Assembly (NCBI GenBank): GCA_013265495.1
Contig: MU058781.1
Location: 7,545,009-7,609,008, forward strand
DNA: 64,000 nucleotides
Direction: 5' to 3'
Source: Vicugna vicugna
Lineage: Eukaryota
The notes beneath the pieces were generated by a model. The model searched no databases, was not told the origin of the DNA, and worked only from the letters and a program-made list of their open reading frames with translations. Positions 12,815 to 27,343 of the stretch are shown here, piece by piece. Numbering within the stretch: the first letter of the stretch is position 1; each line of letters starts with the position of its first letter. The translations under genes and the position numbers were made by a program.

Positions 12815-14124
12815 TATGTGTGAGGAAAAAAAATTAACCAAGGCAAATTGTCAATAAAGACAAGAAAGTTATGGGATGAAATAGAGTGTAATCCCACGTA
12901 TTTAAAAACATATGCATCTCCATGTGCATGCGTATGTGAAAACGCATAGAGGAAGGGCTGGAGTGGTGTGAAGAGAGCTGTATTGGAACAATTTCAAAGT
13001 AGGGGTCCTCTGCTCTCCATTTCTTGTTTTTTGAATGTTACATAAGGAGTGTAGATTCACTTGTTATATAAATCTGAACAAATGAAGGAAGTTGGAAAGC
13101 ATGAAAGATTGAGCAGTATCATGCACCATCTTCAGTGCCCAGTTCAGTTCTCCCATTTTATGAAATCTTCCTTGGCCAATACATCTTTTATCTACACACT
13201 TAAACCCACACATTACATCCTCCATGATTTAGTGCCTATTCATATGTTTAAGTGAACCAATTACGTGTGAAACACTTGCTGAACTGTACACAATACAGGT
13301 ATCATGGCAGTGCTGGCAGTCTTTTGGCACCATCAGAGTGAAATCAAGGACAGCAAAAGCAAGATTGGAGGGAAGGGTTAGAACGGGAAGACAGCAGGGA
13401 CTGGATACCAAACCTAAGCCCTTTAAATGATAGTGATATCAGAGGTCAAACTGAGATTGACTATTCTGGGTTAACATAAAGAACTCAAATCTAGTAATTT
13501 CTGGGCAAGTCAGTTTCAAGCAAGCATAGTTTGCTAAGCCAGTAAGCAATTGTAGTAGGTCTAGAATTCGCATAGAAAGCCTTTGTATGCTTTGAGGGGG
13601 AAAAAAAAAACCAATAAAGCAAAAAATGAAAGACCTAAGCGGGTAGTAAAACTCATAATAGTCTGAAAAGCAGAGTTCTTGCATATGGTACTATTGTTTT
13701 TCTCCGCATTCATGTTGCTTCATACGTGTGAGCCTCAGTGCCCAATTAGATTTCAAGATTGCAGTCCACCAGGACTGTTGCATTGAGGAAAAACACTCAC
13801 ATTTATTGTAGAGCCTCTAATACACATTAGAGTGAGTACCTGATTAATTTTGTCACAGTAGGCTTAAAAAATGAAAATGAATTTTCCAAAAATACGGAGA
13901 GTCTGTTTTGACTAAACCCAACGTAATATATTAAGTGGTCATGATCACCTAATAAAACAAGTGGCACCTGTTTCACAGGGGTCATAATAAATCTTACATG
14001 GAAAATAAAGTAGAAAAGGGAGTTTGTCTGATTATCTTAAACAGCCAGAGTCTGACTGGGCTCCTTAAAAATCCCTCTTCCTAACCTTTACTAATATGAT
14101 TGTGGTTATTATTAATGCTCTACT

Positions 14125-14385
14125 AATAGCAGATAACATGTATTGAGGGGATATGCACTAAGCCCTTGATTAAACATTTTGATGTATTTTATGCCATTTA
14201 ATAATCACAGAAATCCTATGTAGTGGGTACTGTAGTCACATTTATTGTACAAATAAGAAAGCTGAGGTTGAGTGAATATAAACAACTTGTCCATGACCAC
14301 ACAGGCAGCTGGTGGTGATGATGTGATTCCATTTCAAGCCTCCCTAACTCCCAAATTCATATTCTTTACCAATACACCATTCTAG
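14125..14385 (-). mobile_element. MIR SINE
   Basis: tattgagg...atttaataatcacagaaatcctatgtagtgggtact...caaataagaaagctgagg...acttgtccatgaccacaca. Confidence 0.75.
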
Positions 14386-17300
14386 CTATATGGTATTTAG
14401 TATTTGGACGTTACTAAGGCTCCTGGATTCCCATGTTATCTTGCCATAGTAATCTGCCTCTGTAGGTGTGCAATGGACACACCAGAGGACAAAGACAGTT
14501 AAGGCTTTAGTCTCCAATCCCAATAAAGTATCTAGTGAACTTATCTTGATTCTCTGGATGACTCTTCTTGTGGAAGCTAATGTTGGTCAAATTAGCCTCC
14601 TTCCCTTCTTCCTGAGTCCATCCGCTTACCGTACCAGAGCTGAAGAAGTGTAAGGCTAGAGAAAATGAGCGATCAAGAGCAAGACCATCCTTGTTCTCCC
14701 TCATTTCCTCCATTTTGCTCTTTTTGAGCAAATGAGACTATTTAATGTCTAATTATTAAAGGTATCTTTTAACACATTTTTTAAAAGGAAGAAGATAGTT
14801 TGACCATAGATGGAGGTTTTCAATTTTTGCTTTTGGCAGAATAACCAGGAAGCTTGTTAAGCACAAAAATGCCAACATCAACCTATCAAAAGGTATTTGG
14901 CAAACTGTCTATTTCAGGGCTCATAAGAATCTGATCTGATTAAATGATAAGGAAAACTTCCAGGACCAAGAGAAATGGAAGCAACTTTACCCAAAATGTG
15001 AAGGTGTCAGACAGTTACTTATCAATTCATGAACTTTACTGGTCCTGGAAGGCGGGAATAGATTCTTTTAATTTGTCTGGAACTGATGACACTATGAACA
15101 CATTGAATATGTAATTAATAATACTTTTAAAATCGGAAAAGAACAGATTTCTGTTCGCATACGGCAGCTTGAGGGGGAGATCGAGAAAGGCATGACACTT
15201 TTCTGTGTAGAAAATTCATGTGAGATAGAAACTGACTACTTTATCTTTGTAATCAATAGGAAAAAGATTTTCAAAACACTACTTTTTTTTTTTCCAAAAG
15301 ACAAGAAAGAAAGAAGAGAGAAGAACAAGGCAAAAGAAAAAAGTTAGAATACTCCTGAGAAATCAAAGTTTATTGGACTAAAAATCAGAAATGATGCTAA
15401 ATAAAGGAAAAAGTAATGGAGTCACGTAAATCAGAAAGGAAATACCACTGTTAATGAGAAGCATACAGACAAAACCTCTAGTGCACAAAGCAGTGAATCC
15501 CTCACTATCCCTTATTTCAAGCAAACCACGAGAGAGCGAGGGGGAGAATGATAGCAACACGTGCAGCTGAAATAACCCACAAAGGGATAAATTCTTTGCT
15601 TTCTCCACATTACGTTTTCTCGTGATGTGCCTCTTGAATTCAATAGCGCTTTTAAAAGAAGGTGCTTGCAAACACTGACCTAGCCTTTCGCTGAGATGCG
15701 TTTGTCCCTGTCCACAGTTCTTGTTGGATATTGTCGAGCACATCCATAGATTCCCTTCTTCACCTTCTTGTCCACAGCTGAAGTGCACCCACCTCTAAGC
15801 TTCCAGAAGCCCAGACCTTACATCCATTAGCATGGATGTGCAAAGACGTTTCTCAGTGAGTGGGTAACCGACTTACGGTAAATGATATAATGTATTTATC
15901 TCCTGTGCCACTTCTCTGCCGATTGCCAAAGATGTATCAACAGGATATCAGTAGTCTGATTAACATCAGTAGAAGCAACAGCAGCAAACATCCTGTGTAC
16001 TCTCCTAACCCCAACTCATACCTCTGACATGTTCCTACTACTTGAGTTACAATCCCATTCCTAAATTAGCCTCAAATAGGATATCATGGGTTTCTTTTTT
16101 CCCCCCCTTTTTTTTCCAGTGGGGGCTAAAGCCAGCAGGGAATCTTCATTAAAATTCACCATAAGGCCCATTTGTTTGCCATTTCCCTTCCCCTAATTCC
16201 TGCATGCACCCCCCCTGCTGGGAGCTCTGCAGCGCAAAGGAATGACCCGTGGAAATCTCACTGCCACTTCTCAGTCTGGGGAAACATTCCAGACTGCTCC
16301 TGTCTGTCAAATAAAGATGACAAATATTTACCGTCTCTGGACACCCCTCCAGGTAGTTTTATATTCATGATTTTGTTTTATTCTGTATTTTGGGAAACAA
16401 GATTTCTTTCCTCATGAGCAGGTGCAGATTGTGCCAACATTCATAACCCTTTCCACAGACAAGGACTGGGAGGATCTGGGCTTACACAACGTGAGTTCTC
16501 ACGGTGTTCGATCAGTATCAGAGGGTGTTTTTTGAGGTGGTTGTTATTGTTGGTTATCACATCCTTCCTCTCTGTCCCAAGGAGACAGCTATGCCAGAGT
16601 CATACTTCACATTCATCTATAGGAACATCTGGTCCATGTCTAACATTTAATTTCCACACCATTAGAGTCAAACAATACATGTACATCACCAGATAATGTA
16701 ATGCATTATCACGCAAGGCAGAGAGGAGCAATTTATTAGCCTAATTTAAAATAGCCTTCAGCAAAAAAAAAAAAGTGCATCTTAATTCAGAGTTCTGAAT
16801 GGAATGACATGTTTTCCAGTAAAATTCAAAAGTATGTACTCAGACATGCTTTGAAAAAACTTTCCTGGTTATATTATCTTTGGCATTATTCAAGGATGAA
16901 ATGTCAATTCTGTTTTTTATGTTCTAAACCAATTTCATCCATAATAACACAAAAAGAAATAACAGCCTTAGGAGAGGAGGAGAAAAGGAATTCCTGGAAC
17001 ATAAGGAGGCCCCACATCTCTTGTTTCTTAGAAATCACAACTTAAATGTGTAGGTTACTCAGAATTTCTTTGCATATTCTTAAAACTCACAGAAAATTGC
17101 TCACCTTGAATGTGGCTTGTGTTTCTTCTCTTCAAGACATTTTCATTACTACTTTAGGTTTATAGACAATGGATAAGTGGAGTTAGTTTGTCTTTGTGGA
17201 AAATATAACTTTCTTAAGGATTTAAATGATATAATCTTAGAAATAGCTTAACTATACAGCCTGCACAAATCGTTGTTTTTAAAACAGACGTATTCAAATA

Positions 17301-18564
17301 TCTTCTCAAATATTAATGAAGTCAGTGACTAGTTTCTTGAAACAAATATCTGATGTAGAAAAATGTGGAGTACCTGTTAACACAGACAGAAAACATACTC
17401 ATTCCTCTAAATATTATAAGCAGAAATAATAGTATATAGTTTCAGCGTGTATATGACAATGTAAATTCTGAATTCTGTGACACTAATCAAAGCATAGTCG
17501 TAAGGCACATAGCATAGGACAATTCAGTCTCAAAAGAGATGGGCAAAATTTGTCATTGTGGAGTCCTCAGGTGGTACTTAATCTGCTATCGAATTTTCTT
17601 TCACCCATGACGTGCGAGACCTATGGCCAGTCCCGGTGACAAACGCGTATACCCAAATTCCCATGAGTTCATAGATTAATGAGGGAAGGAATGCACATAT
17701 GTAACCAGAGTACATAATATAACATGCCAAATGCCATTAAAAAAATTGGAAAAAGTGCCTTGGGAGATGGAGGAGAGAGTGGTAATTATTTCTGGCTTTG
17801 GGCAACAGAGAAAAAGAGTCAGTTTTGAGCTGAACTTCGAAAACAGGTTGGCATATACTAAAAATGTTCTGTGACACAGCCCAGAAGGCAAGATCCTGGC
17901 CCTTTAAGAGAGTTCCTGAGACCGTAAGTCAGGCAAGGTTTACCGGAATTAATACGGCCCCCCTTGCCCTCACATTCCTGTACCTGACTATCATGTTTTC
18001 CCCTGAGCACCCAAGCCCTTGCTCGGATTCAGCAGTTAGGGTGAAAGTATTTGCCCTGTTCAGCTGTTGAGATCTTCTGTTTGAAACCTATTATATGACT
18101 GATGTTTTGTTCCCTCTATTCCATGCTTGTGTTGTGATTCGTGCCAGTTTGGTTTGGTATCTCTACCACTGGCCCTGCGATTAGTGTGGGGCACATGCAG
18201 GACCCATCCAGGACGGAGATGTTTTGCCCTAATCCCTGATGGCCTGAACCAGCTCCTGGGAACCTGGATGTTTTACTCTGTGAATTTCCTAGTCCTTCTG
18301 TTACCCTTGATAGGTCTTCAAATCAGTCTGTGGCTTCACTGCTTCACTTTACCCTAGAAGGCTTGAGTTTATCACAGATCTAGAACATTCGTCAACAGCC
18401 TCAAGTAACCTACTCAAATATGCCTTACTCTGCATCCAACTCTGACGCAGGCAAATAGTATACTGTTATTTTCAGCCTTTCAAGTGATTACCTTCATAAT
18501 TTTAAATGATATTCGTTCTTCAATTCCAAAATTATTTCCATCATGTAAGATTGTTTCTTTTGCT

Positions 18565-19135
18565 TGGTAAATATTTATTGAGTGCCCACATTGACCAAAC
18601 ACTGTGCTAGATTCTGGCAAAAAAAAAATGTCTAAAACAGACATAAACCTTGTCATCGTGGAGATTACCACCTAATGAAAAAGGCAAAAATCAATCACTG
18701 ATAACACAAACAGGTAAATTGCAATGACAAGTGCTGTCCAGAAGTTCATAAAGTTAAGAGAATTTATATTAAGGAGTTCAAAGATGGCTTCTTGGGAGAA
18801 ATTACCCTTCATAAGAGAGCTGAAGGATGAGTAGGATTGAACTATGTGGAAAATGGTAACCAGAGCATTTCAGGCAGAAGGGAAGTTTATGCAAAGGCCT
18901 TGTGGCAGAAAAGTCATGGAGGGTGTGATATGAAAAAAGCCAGTGGGACTCAAGTAGAGAAAGCCAGGAAGGGCAAAGAGCATATAGGCTGGCCCCACAG
19001 ATCTTTGCAGGCCTTATTAAGGGGTTTTGCCTTCCTCCTAAGAGCAAGGGGAAAGCACTTAATGGTTTTTGAGCAGAGGAAAAGTGTGATCAGAGTAGAG
19101 TTGCAAGAAGTTTACCCTGATTATAGTTGGGTGGA
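18565..19135 (-). mobile_element. L2 LINE 3' region
   Basis: aatatttattgagtgcccac...actgtgctag...gagcatttcaggcagaggg...ggttttgagcagagg...gtgatcag. Confidence 0.8.
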
Positions 19136-19294
19136 TATAAATAAGTGAGCTGGAGGATTTTTTTCCACCAAACTTTTACTTCTTTCAGTTTTAACCTTGC
19201 TTTGAAGTTACTAAGATTTTTGTTATTTTATTTACTTAATTACTATACATGAGTCTTCAGTGTCTTCCCTATAGGTTCAATGTAAATGTTAAAA

Positions 19295-19895
19295 ACAATA
19301 AAATAACTAGTACCCCATGAGCCAGCAATCCCACTCTCAGGTATTTGCCCAGACACAAATGAGTGCACACATGCACCAAAGTACTGTGGAAGGATGTTCA
19401 CGGCAGCTTTGTTCATAATAGCCAAAACCCCAGAACAACTCAACTGTCTAAAAGGAGACTGGCTACATCGCAGTATATCAATGAAGCGATGTATTAAATA
19501 TTACACAGCAATGAAAACAGAATGAGCTACTGGCAAACATAATGATAAGAGCGACCCTCTCAGCAACAGAAGCCAAGCACTAAATAATACACACCAGAGG
19601 ACTGCATATAGATGAAGTTCAAAAACTGACAAAACTAATCAGTGGTGATAGAAGCAGAAGTGGGGTTACCATTTTCTGGCAGGGGGTGGGGGTTGGAGTA
19701 TGACTGGAAAGGGGCATAAAGCTAACTGTCTTCTGGGGGGCTAGAAATGTTCCATATTTTGGTTTTAGTAGTCATTACTTAGATGTATACACCTTTGAAA
19801 ACCCATCAAACCTTATTAAGATTAGTGAACTTGATGCTCATCAGTCTCTCTCTTTCTATATATATTCTACCTCAATAAAAATGTAGAAAGAAAAA
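19295..19895 (+). mobile_element. L1ME-like 3' end
   Basis: taccccatgagccagcaatcccactctcaggtattt...aaaactaatcagtggtgatagaag...ttctacctcaataaaa. Confidence 0.8.
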
Positions 19896-20029
19896 TAATA
19901 AGCACTTACAATACTACGATACTCCAGATGTAAGTGCCACATCTGGCACATATACATATTCAGGTTTATCCCTCTAAGGAGACTTCCAAGGGTGAAGATC
20001 AAATTGATTATTTTTTATCTTATATTCTA

Positions 20030-21560
20030 TAATTTTCTCAGAATCATGCCATATGGACAGTGGACTTTCAGAGTCCTTGCATGTCAGAAAATGTCTGTAT
20101 TCACTCTCTCATTTTATTAATTGTTTGGCTCTGAATCATTTCCCCTCAGAATGTTGAAGGCATCTTTCCATTTTCTTCTAGAATATGGTATTATTAATAA
20201 AAATTCTAAAGTTATTCTGATTTTCATAACTTGTAAAATCTCTTTTGGAAGCTTTAAGGAGTTTTTCTTAACACTTGGAGTTTTGAAATTTTACTGTAAT
20301 GTCTGTAGATATTGTATTAGATTTCTATTGCTGCTTAACAAATTACCACAAACTTAGCAGTTGAAGATAACACCTGTTTGTCATAGCATAGGTCAGAGTT
20401 CCTGGAGAGGCTTAGCTAAGTCTTCTGTTCGGGGTCTCACGAGGCTACAATCAAGGTGTTTATAGTGCTGCATTCTTACTGGGAGCCTTGACTAGGGAAG
20501 AATTTATTTACATGGTCCCTCATGTTGTTGGCAGAATTTATTTCCTTGATGCTGTAGAATTCATGGAAAGTTCCTTCTTCAAACATAGCAACAGAAAGAG
20601 GTAGTTTCTTCTTCTAGTCTTCAAGCTCTAGGAAGTCCTAAATCCACTTTTAAAGAGCTCATTTGTAGGTCAGACTAGAAGATTATTTTAGACTGGATGA
20701 CTTAACTCAAAGTCAGACTGGTTAGGGACCTTAATTATATCTGCAAAATTCCTTCACCTTTACTGCATAATGTAACTTAGCATGGGGGTAACAGCCGTCA
20801 TAGTTTTAGGACCCTCCCCGCACTCAAGGGGAGAGAATATAGGGCATGTATGTAAAGAGGTGGGAATCTTGGAGACCATATTAAAGTACTGTCTAAATAA
20901 AATATTTTTTATTCTTTTTGATACTCATTTTTATATCCCCCAAAGTTGGAATAAACTGAGCTCAATAAATATTTGCTGAATAAACTAACAATAAATTAAT
21001 ACACAGTTACTTTGTAGCCCCTTTCAAATCTGAAGATGTGTATCTTAGAATGATTTTCCTGTTACATTTTCAACGATTTGTTTTACTTTATTTTTGAACA
21101 CTTAACATATTTTAAATAAATATTACTCGTGTCTCAATATTTTTTCTCATGTTTTTCATCTCTTAGTGGTTCTGCTTTATGTTCTTAGACATGAGTGCTT
21201 AGAGGGATAAACATCTAAGAATCTTTTGGATCGGCAACTTTAATAACTTGTGTCCAAGTTATTATTCAGTTATCCTCTTCAGTGTTTTATTTCGACAATT
21301 TTATGTAATATTTACAAGAACAGTTTCTAGGTCTTTGATCACGTGTAATTCTGGATAGGATAGTTTCTCAAATCTGAGAGTACTGCAATAACAATTTTAA
21401 AGTTCCCTTTCCTTCCTGAATTATATTTTTCTTTCCAGAATCAATTATTCTTTTCTTATAAGCCTTTTTTGTTGTTTATTTTATAAACCCCATTGTTATA
21501 AGTTTTACTCAAATGTCTGGTGACCCTGAGTTACATATTCATATTTGTTAGTGAACCACA
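20030..21560 (-). mobile_element. Ancient L1 (L1M5/L1ME/HAL1-like) ORF1-side remnant, split by the MLT1 LTR and an L2 tail (about 20920-21000)
   Basis: cttgcatgtcagaaaatgtc...tttcccctcagaatgttgaaggcat...ctttcaaatctgaagatg resemble antisense old L1 ORF1 on both sides of the LTR. Confidence 0.45.
20313..20900 (-). mobile_element. MaLR solo LTR, MLT1E/F-like
   Basis: tgtattagatttctattgctgcttaacaaattaccacaaacttagc...gggaccttaattatatctgcaaaattccttcac...gggaatcttggagacc; near-TSD gatat (20308-20312) / aatat (20901-20905). Confidence 0.85.
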
Positions 21561-22726
21561 AAGTAGTTTTGGTGTAATAGATGGTCCATGACCTTTATTT
21601 TTTCCCTAATGTGCCATGTTCTTTGCCATTCTCTTGTCCATCTTCCTGTCTTAGTTCACACTGTTACTCTATCTGTGTCTGTAAGACATTCATGTTTCCA
21701 GCATTCACAGACAGCTTCCATCTCTTACTAGTCACTTAAAGTCAAAAGCTCTCAGTTTAGAAGTTAGTATCAGTTGTACATATGTTAGCAGGTTACTTGG
21801 AACAGTTTTCCTTTGCAACTGTGTGATCTGTATTCCCACTAGTCTTTTTGGAAAGGATAGGTTGACTGCAGGCTTTGTGTGCATAGATAATGTGTGCAAT
21901 GTGGCATGATAGACTTCAGTTTTACATCAAAAAAAGAAAATACAGAGAATGGAGAAGCAGCCAATACAGATTACCCTGGGGACACATTATCACTTTCCCC
22001 TCTTGGTCAGATGTGTCTTTCTTTTAAAATATTTAGCTTGTTGGAAGGTTTAAGTTAATCTTTGCTCTCCTTCTCTTTGATGTACCGGCACCCCCACCAT
22101 GGTCTCCAGTTCTCTGGCAGACTGTTCCACTTCCCTCAATGGCAGCTCTTGATGTATTGATGTATCATAGGATGGACAAGGCTGTGAGTCATGCAGGATG
22201 GGTGGAAGTGGGGCTATGAGTACCCAAACAGTACCCAGTTGCCCAGCTGTTGAGTAGAGAATGTGATAACTACCACACAGCCCATTTCTGCTCTCATTGC
22301 TTGACAATTTTGAGCATACAGCCTCTCCCTTCTCTGCCAGAACAAAGGTTTTCCATTTCCATTGCAGCCTTCTGTTCATCATCTGGCCCTGTTCTGGTGG
22401 TTTAACCGTTAGTGTGATTTGTTCTTCTGTCTTTCAGGTGGATGCTAGATCATAAAGTGCACTATTGATTGGGACAGGATTTTCTGACTAGTAAAGAAAA
22501 ACCTGGTGTGTTGAGTGATGAATTAAAAGCCATGCCAATAAGAGACTCCCAGGACCTCATTCCCAAGGTCTGGGTGGGGGTGAAGATGCTAAACCCAAGG
22601 GGCTGATGGCTCAAGAAGATAGTGCCTCGTAGTGATGGGACTCACGCTGAAACAGGTGGGATGGAACTTCAGGCTCTCCCAGACTCTGCCTCGGGCATCT
22701 CTCTGAGCTATTACACACCACCTGGG

Positions 22727-23340
22727 TGCGTTAGTTTTCTATTACTATGCGTAAATTACTACAAACCCAGCATCTTAAAACAACACAGATTTATTATATT
22801 ACCGTTTCTGTAGGCCTGGAGTGTGTGCAGAATGGTTTGTTTCTCTGCTCAGGGTGCCATAGGTCTGAACTGAGATCCCACTTGAGGCTGAGGTCTTGTT
22901 TGGAAGCTTTGGGAGTAAGAATCCACTTCCAAGCACATTCTTGTTGTTGGCAGAGTTCAGTTTCCTGCAGTTACAGGACGGACGTTTCTCTCAACTTTGC
23001 TCTCAGCATCTAGAGGCTACTGGCGTTCCTTGCCATGTGGTCCCTTCCATTTCCGGTCTAGCGCTGGCAAGTCAGATCTTCTTATTCTCCAAACCTGTGA
23101 CCTTGCTGGTCTTCATCCTCTAGACCCAAAGTTAAAGAGCTCGTGTGATTAGGTCAGACCCACTTAAATAATTTCCCTTTTGGTACACTCAGAGTCAGTA
23201 ATTAGTCACCAAAATTACATTTGCAAAATTCTTTTTGCCATGCAACCCAAGAGGAGAGATGTCCTGTCATGTTCAAGGACACCTCTCAGTTACGGGAGGG
23301 AAATTATACGTGGATAGAGGTAGAGAACTTTATTTTACCT
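22727..23340 (-). mobile_element. MaLR solo LTR, MLT1E-like
   Basis: ttagttttctattact...taaattactacaaacccagc...ttaaaacaacacagatttattat...ttgttggcagagttcagtttcctgcagtt...gtgattaggtcagaccc. Confidence 0.8.
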
Positions 23341-26311
23341 GTAGGCAAAAAAGACCTAATTGAGGTCTATTTTTACTAGGCTAATTGAATGTAATATAGA
23401 TACCTAGGGAAGTAAATTCTTTGTTTTTCCTATTATTAGCCTGAAGGTCAGTCTGAACCCTTGATTCTCCCACTAAGCAAAGGGAAATGAGTCAAATTTA
23501 CACTTATAAAGTGCCTACTCTAAGCTAGGCACAATGCTGTGCCTATTAATATATAAGTTCAACTATATCATTCTGATATTATCATAGTTTTATATTCATA
23601 TTATTTATACTGTAATTCATAATACAGTTATAATTATATGTCTAGTATTTAAGTTTCACTGGGGGCAGGGAGTCTATGAGGGGTTGCCTAAAAAGTTTCC
23701 ATAAGGGAGCAATTTTTTTTTAAAAAATTGAAAAATAATGGTTTAGAGGAATAGATTGACTGCGTGTTTTTCAGATGATCTTCTTAGGGATCATCTCTCC
23801 CACCTGCAGGCTTGAGAGCCATGGAACATCGATACATTCCAGGTTGTCTGCTCTGACCAAGTATGCAATTGGCCTATTACGAACTGAATATAAATACTTG
23901 TTATGCCCAAACAGATATTCATGGAGGGAACATTTGACATTTCATGTGAAAACTGAGGTGCAGCCCAAATGCCACTTCTGCTAGAAGGTGACAAAGTCTG
24001 GAGACTATGCTAAGATTTTGATTATGATGGCTTCAGAATTATTTTATATCAGGCAGTCAGAGGTCTAAAATTCTGTTCCAAATAATATAGCAGAATATCG
24101 TTAGTCTAAAAGTTATCTGCCTCGGGGAGTGGGGGGAGAGCTTCATTTATATATGGAACTAATGCATGCCTCTGGACAGCACTACTCTCCCTCCTCCCTT
24201 ATAGGTGCTTAAAAAGAGTTTCACTTATTTTTAGAATATCTACCAAGATAATAGCTTCAGATTTAGAATAATTGAATTATAGTCCACTTTTCTAGTAAGA
24301 ATCAGGAGACAGTTTGGGTGGTCTGTTAATGCGACTTCTAGGAGGAGGCAGGGGTGTATTTATATAACTTCCTCCTCCTCTCTGGTTGGGTTTTGGTCTA
24401 CTTACAAGCTAATGAATAAGCCTACTACTTCATAGATATGTTTGCATCCTTTTCTCCTTGGCCCCCACGTCCCACAAGGGTGATGCACAGCGCCCAAACT
24501 GGTATCACACCTGTCGTGGCTTTGGCTTTGCCTCACAGCCAAGGAACCCTGAGACTGGGACTCTGGTGTTTTATAGCAAGGAGCAAGCAAGCAAGCTTGC
24601 TCTTTGTCTCGGGAGACTTTATTTCATCCCTAAAGCTTGTCACTGCAAATACAACACTGAAAAAAAAAGGGCACAGTAAAGAATGATTAGAGCCTTGAGT
24701 TTTTTCCATACTTAGCAAGGCAGTAAAAGCAAAAGGGACCTATGGAGGACTGTCTCCCAATATTTATCACCTGGAATTCTCTCTATCATGTGTTCAGTGA
24801 GGTGGGCTTCTTCCAAAGATAATGTGGGCATGTTTAATTATTATACTTAATTCCTTGTTCCAATTCCTTTATTTCCTCTGTGCTTTCTCTGATTTGGGCA
24901 GGGGAATATCCTGCAAAGAATCATTGCCTAAATATAAACTAAATTTTCACCTTGTAGAAAGATGCTAGCAAAGTTGGGAAAGCGACCAACTATATTTGAG
25001 TTGTATTAAGATTTAGGAGCATTGAGAGATTAGATAAAACGTGTTTTCAGATTAAGTCTAGGTGATACTGTAAAGAAGATTTCTAATTGCATGGGAAGTT
25101 GGACAAGGTAAATTCTAAACTCTCAACACTGTTTCTTTGATATTGTGCAGGGTCATTCCCCAACATAAACTTAGACAGTTATCTCTAATTGTCCTTTTCC
25201 ACTCAGTCTTTTGGAAAATCATAGTGTTACTCAGAAGGAAGAGAGTGTATTTGACACCAAGTTGATATTATTGGAGTTACCTTTTTGTCTCATCATGATA
25301 CTCTCTCCCACAGGTAGGACGAATTGTAAGAGCCCTGCTTTTCTGTACAGCACTAGCGACTCTTACATGTTCAGTTTTGTTTTTAAAGAGATTTACTGAC
25401 AGTTTAAACATAAATACCTAGCAAAATAACCAGAAAGAATTATTATCTCTAAGAAGCAAAGGAGGATAAGGAAAGAATTACAGTAGTTTTTATTTAACCC
25501 CATGCAACATCTTTGCACTAAGCATAGATATTTTATGAGGTGTGTGTTTGAGTCAGAAAGCAAAATAGGACTCTTGGGTTCCAGGAGAATTTCTGTTCGA
25601 ACTAAAATGTGTGAGTCTGTTGCCCAAGACTTACTTTAACACGATACTCTTTGTGACCCTTGTGTTTCTAGGATGATTTCTTTGTACTGCACCAGGTGTC
25701 TATGAGTTCTGGCGGTATCAGATGATCAAATACTGGGGTCTCATATTCAGTTTGAATTTTATAGACATGGCTTTATGTTTAGGTTTGCTTTTGTTCTTGC
25801 AGTTGAAATTTTGTCTTGATTTTATAACCACATTGAGCTCCTGTTTAGAAATTATTTGTGGTCAGTAGCCCAAGGATTTAAGTTCCAAGGCACATCAGAC
25901 TCATAAAATAGGTAGAGCTGAACACCTGAATGCTGCAGATTGAAAAAATAAAGACAAGGTGGTTAGGTTAAAGCCAGCTTGAGGCATCAGAAAGTTATGG
26001 GTTAGTGGGTTTTATAAGACTACTTACTATGCTATTCAATTAAAAGAGAGAGAGCAGGCAGTTACCATAGTGATGCCATCTATCGGTGCTTATGCTGCCT
26101 CTGAGATCCAAAACACCTTCTTCCAGGGGCACGTTGACCAATATACCCTGTTATAAGTTTTATGCCTAACATTAGGCTTGCAGAAGTAAAGATGTTTTTC
26201 AGTAATATGAGGAATACGCACACATGTGCATGTAAGCACACACATCTGCATAATCTTAATTTTCAATATTCATTTATTATAACACAGATTTAACTCTTAT
26301 AAGGAGTAAAG

Positions 26312-27343
26312 GTCCAAAATATATAAAGAACTCATTCAATTGAATACCAAAACCCCCAAACAATCTGATTAAAAATGGGCAGAGAATATGAATGGACATT
26401 TTTCTAAAGAAAACATGCAGATGGCCAACAGATACATGAAAAGATACTCAACATCACTAATATTCAGGGAAATGCAAATCAAAACCACAATGAGACATAC
26501 ATAACCTTACACCTATTAGAGAAGCTCTTATCAAAAAGACAAGAGATAACAAGAGTTGGCAAGGATGTGGAGTAAAGGTTGGTGGGAATATAAATTGGTA
26601 CAGACACTACGGAACACAGTGTGGAGGATCCTCAGAATTAAAGTAAAACTACCACATGATCCAGCAGTTCCACTTCTGGATATTTATCCAAAAACAACAG
26701 AAACTAACTCAAAAAGATATATGCATCCCCGTGTTCATTGCAGCATTATTTATAATAGTCAAACTATGAAAACAACCTAAGTGTCCATTGATGGATGACT
26801 AGATAAAGAAAATATGGCATATATATACAATGAAATATTACTCAGCTATAGAAAAGAATGAGATCTTGCCATTTGCAACTACATGGATGGAACTTGAGGG
26901 CATTATGCTAAGTGAAATAAATCAGACAGAGAAAGACAAACAGCATATGATCTCCTTATATGTGTAATTTAAAAAATGCTCATAGGTACAGAGAACAGAT
27001 TGGTGGTTGGTAGTTGCCAGAGGCAGGGGGTGAGGGGTGGGCAAATGGGTGAAGGAGATGAAAACATACAAACTTCCCGTTGTAAAATACATAAGTCATT
27101 GGGATATAACGTACAGCGTGGCAACTGTAGTTAATAGTGCGTTGCATATTTGAAAGTTTTCAAGAGAGCAAATCTTTAAATGTCTCATCACAAGAGAAAC
27201 AAATTCTGTAGCTATGTGTGGTGATGGATGTTAGACTTATAATGAGGATCATTTCACAATATACACAAATATCAAATCATTATGTATGTTGTATACCTGA
27301 AATTAATATGTTGGATGTCAATTACACTTCAATTTAAAAAAAA
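26312..27343 (+). mobile_element. L1MA9-like (laurasiatherian-era) L1: end of ORF2 plus complete 3' UTR and A tail
   Basis: ccaaaatatataaagaactc...gccatttgcaactacatggatggaacttgagggcattatgctaagtgaaataa...gtatacctgaaattaatatg...tcaatttaaaaaaaa. Confidence 0.9.

Noticed and set aside
15820..15839. Hairpin acatccat-tagc-atggatgt
   Set aside because: An 8-bp stem is expected by chance in 64 kb and is too short for a pre-miRNA.
22480..22715. Possible MER21-like LTR fragment upstream of the MLT1
   Set aside because: Resemblance limited to a short stretch; not confident enough to call.
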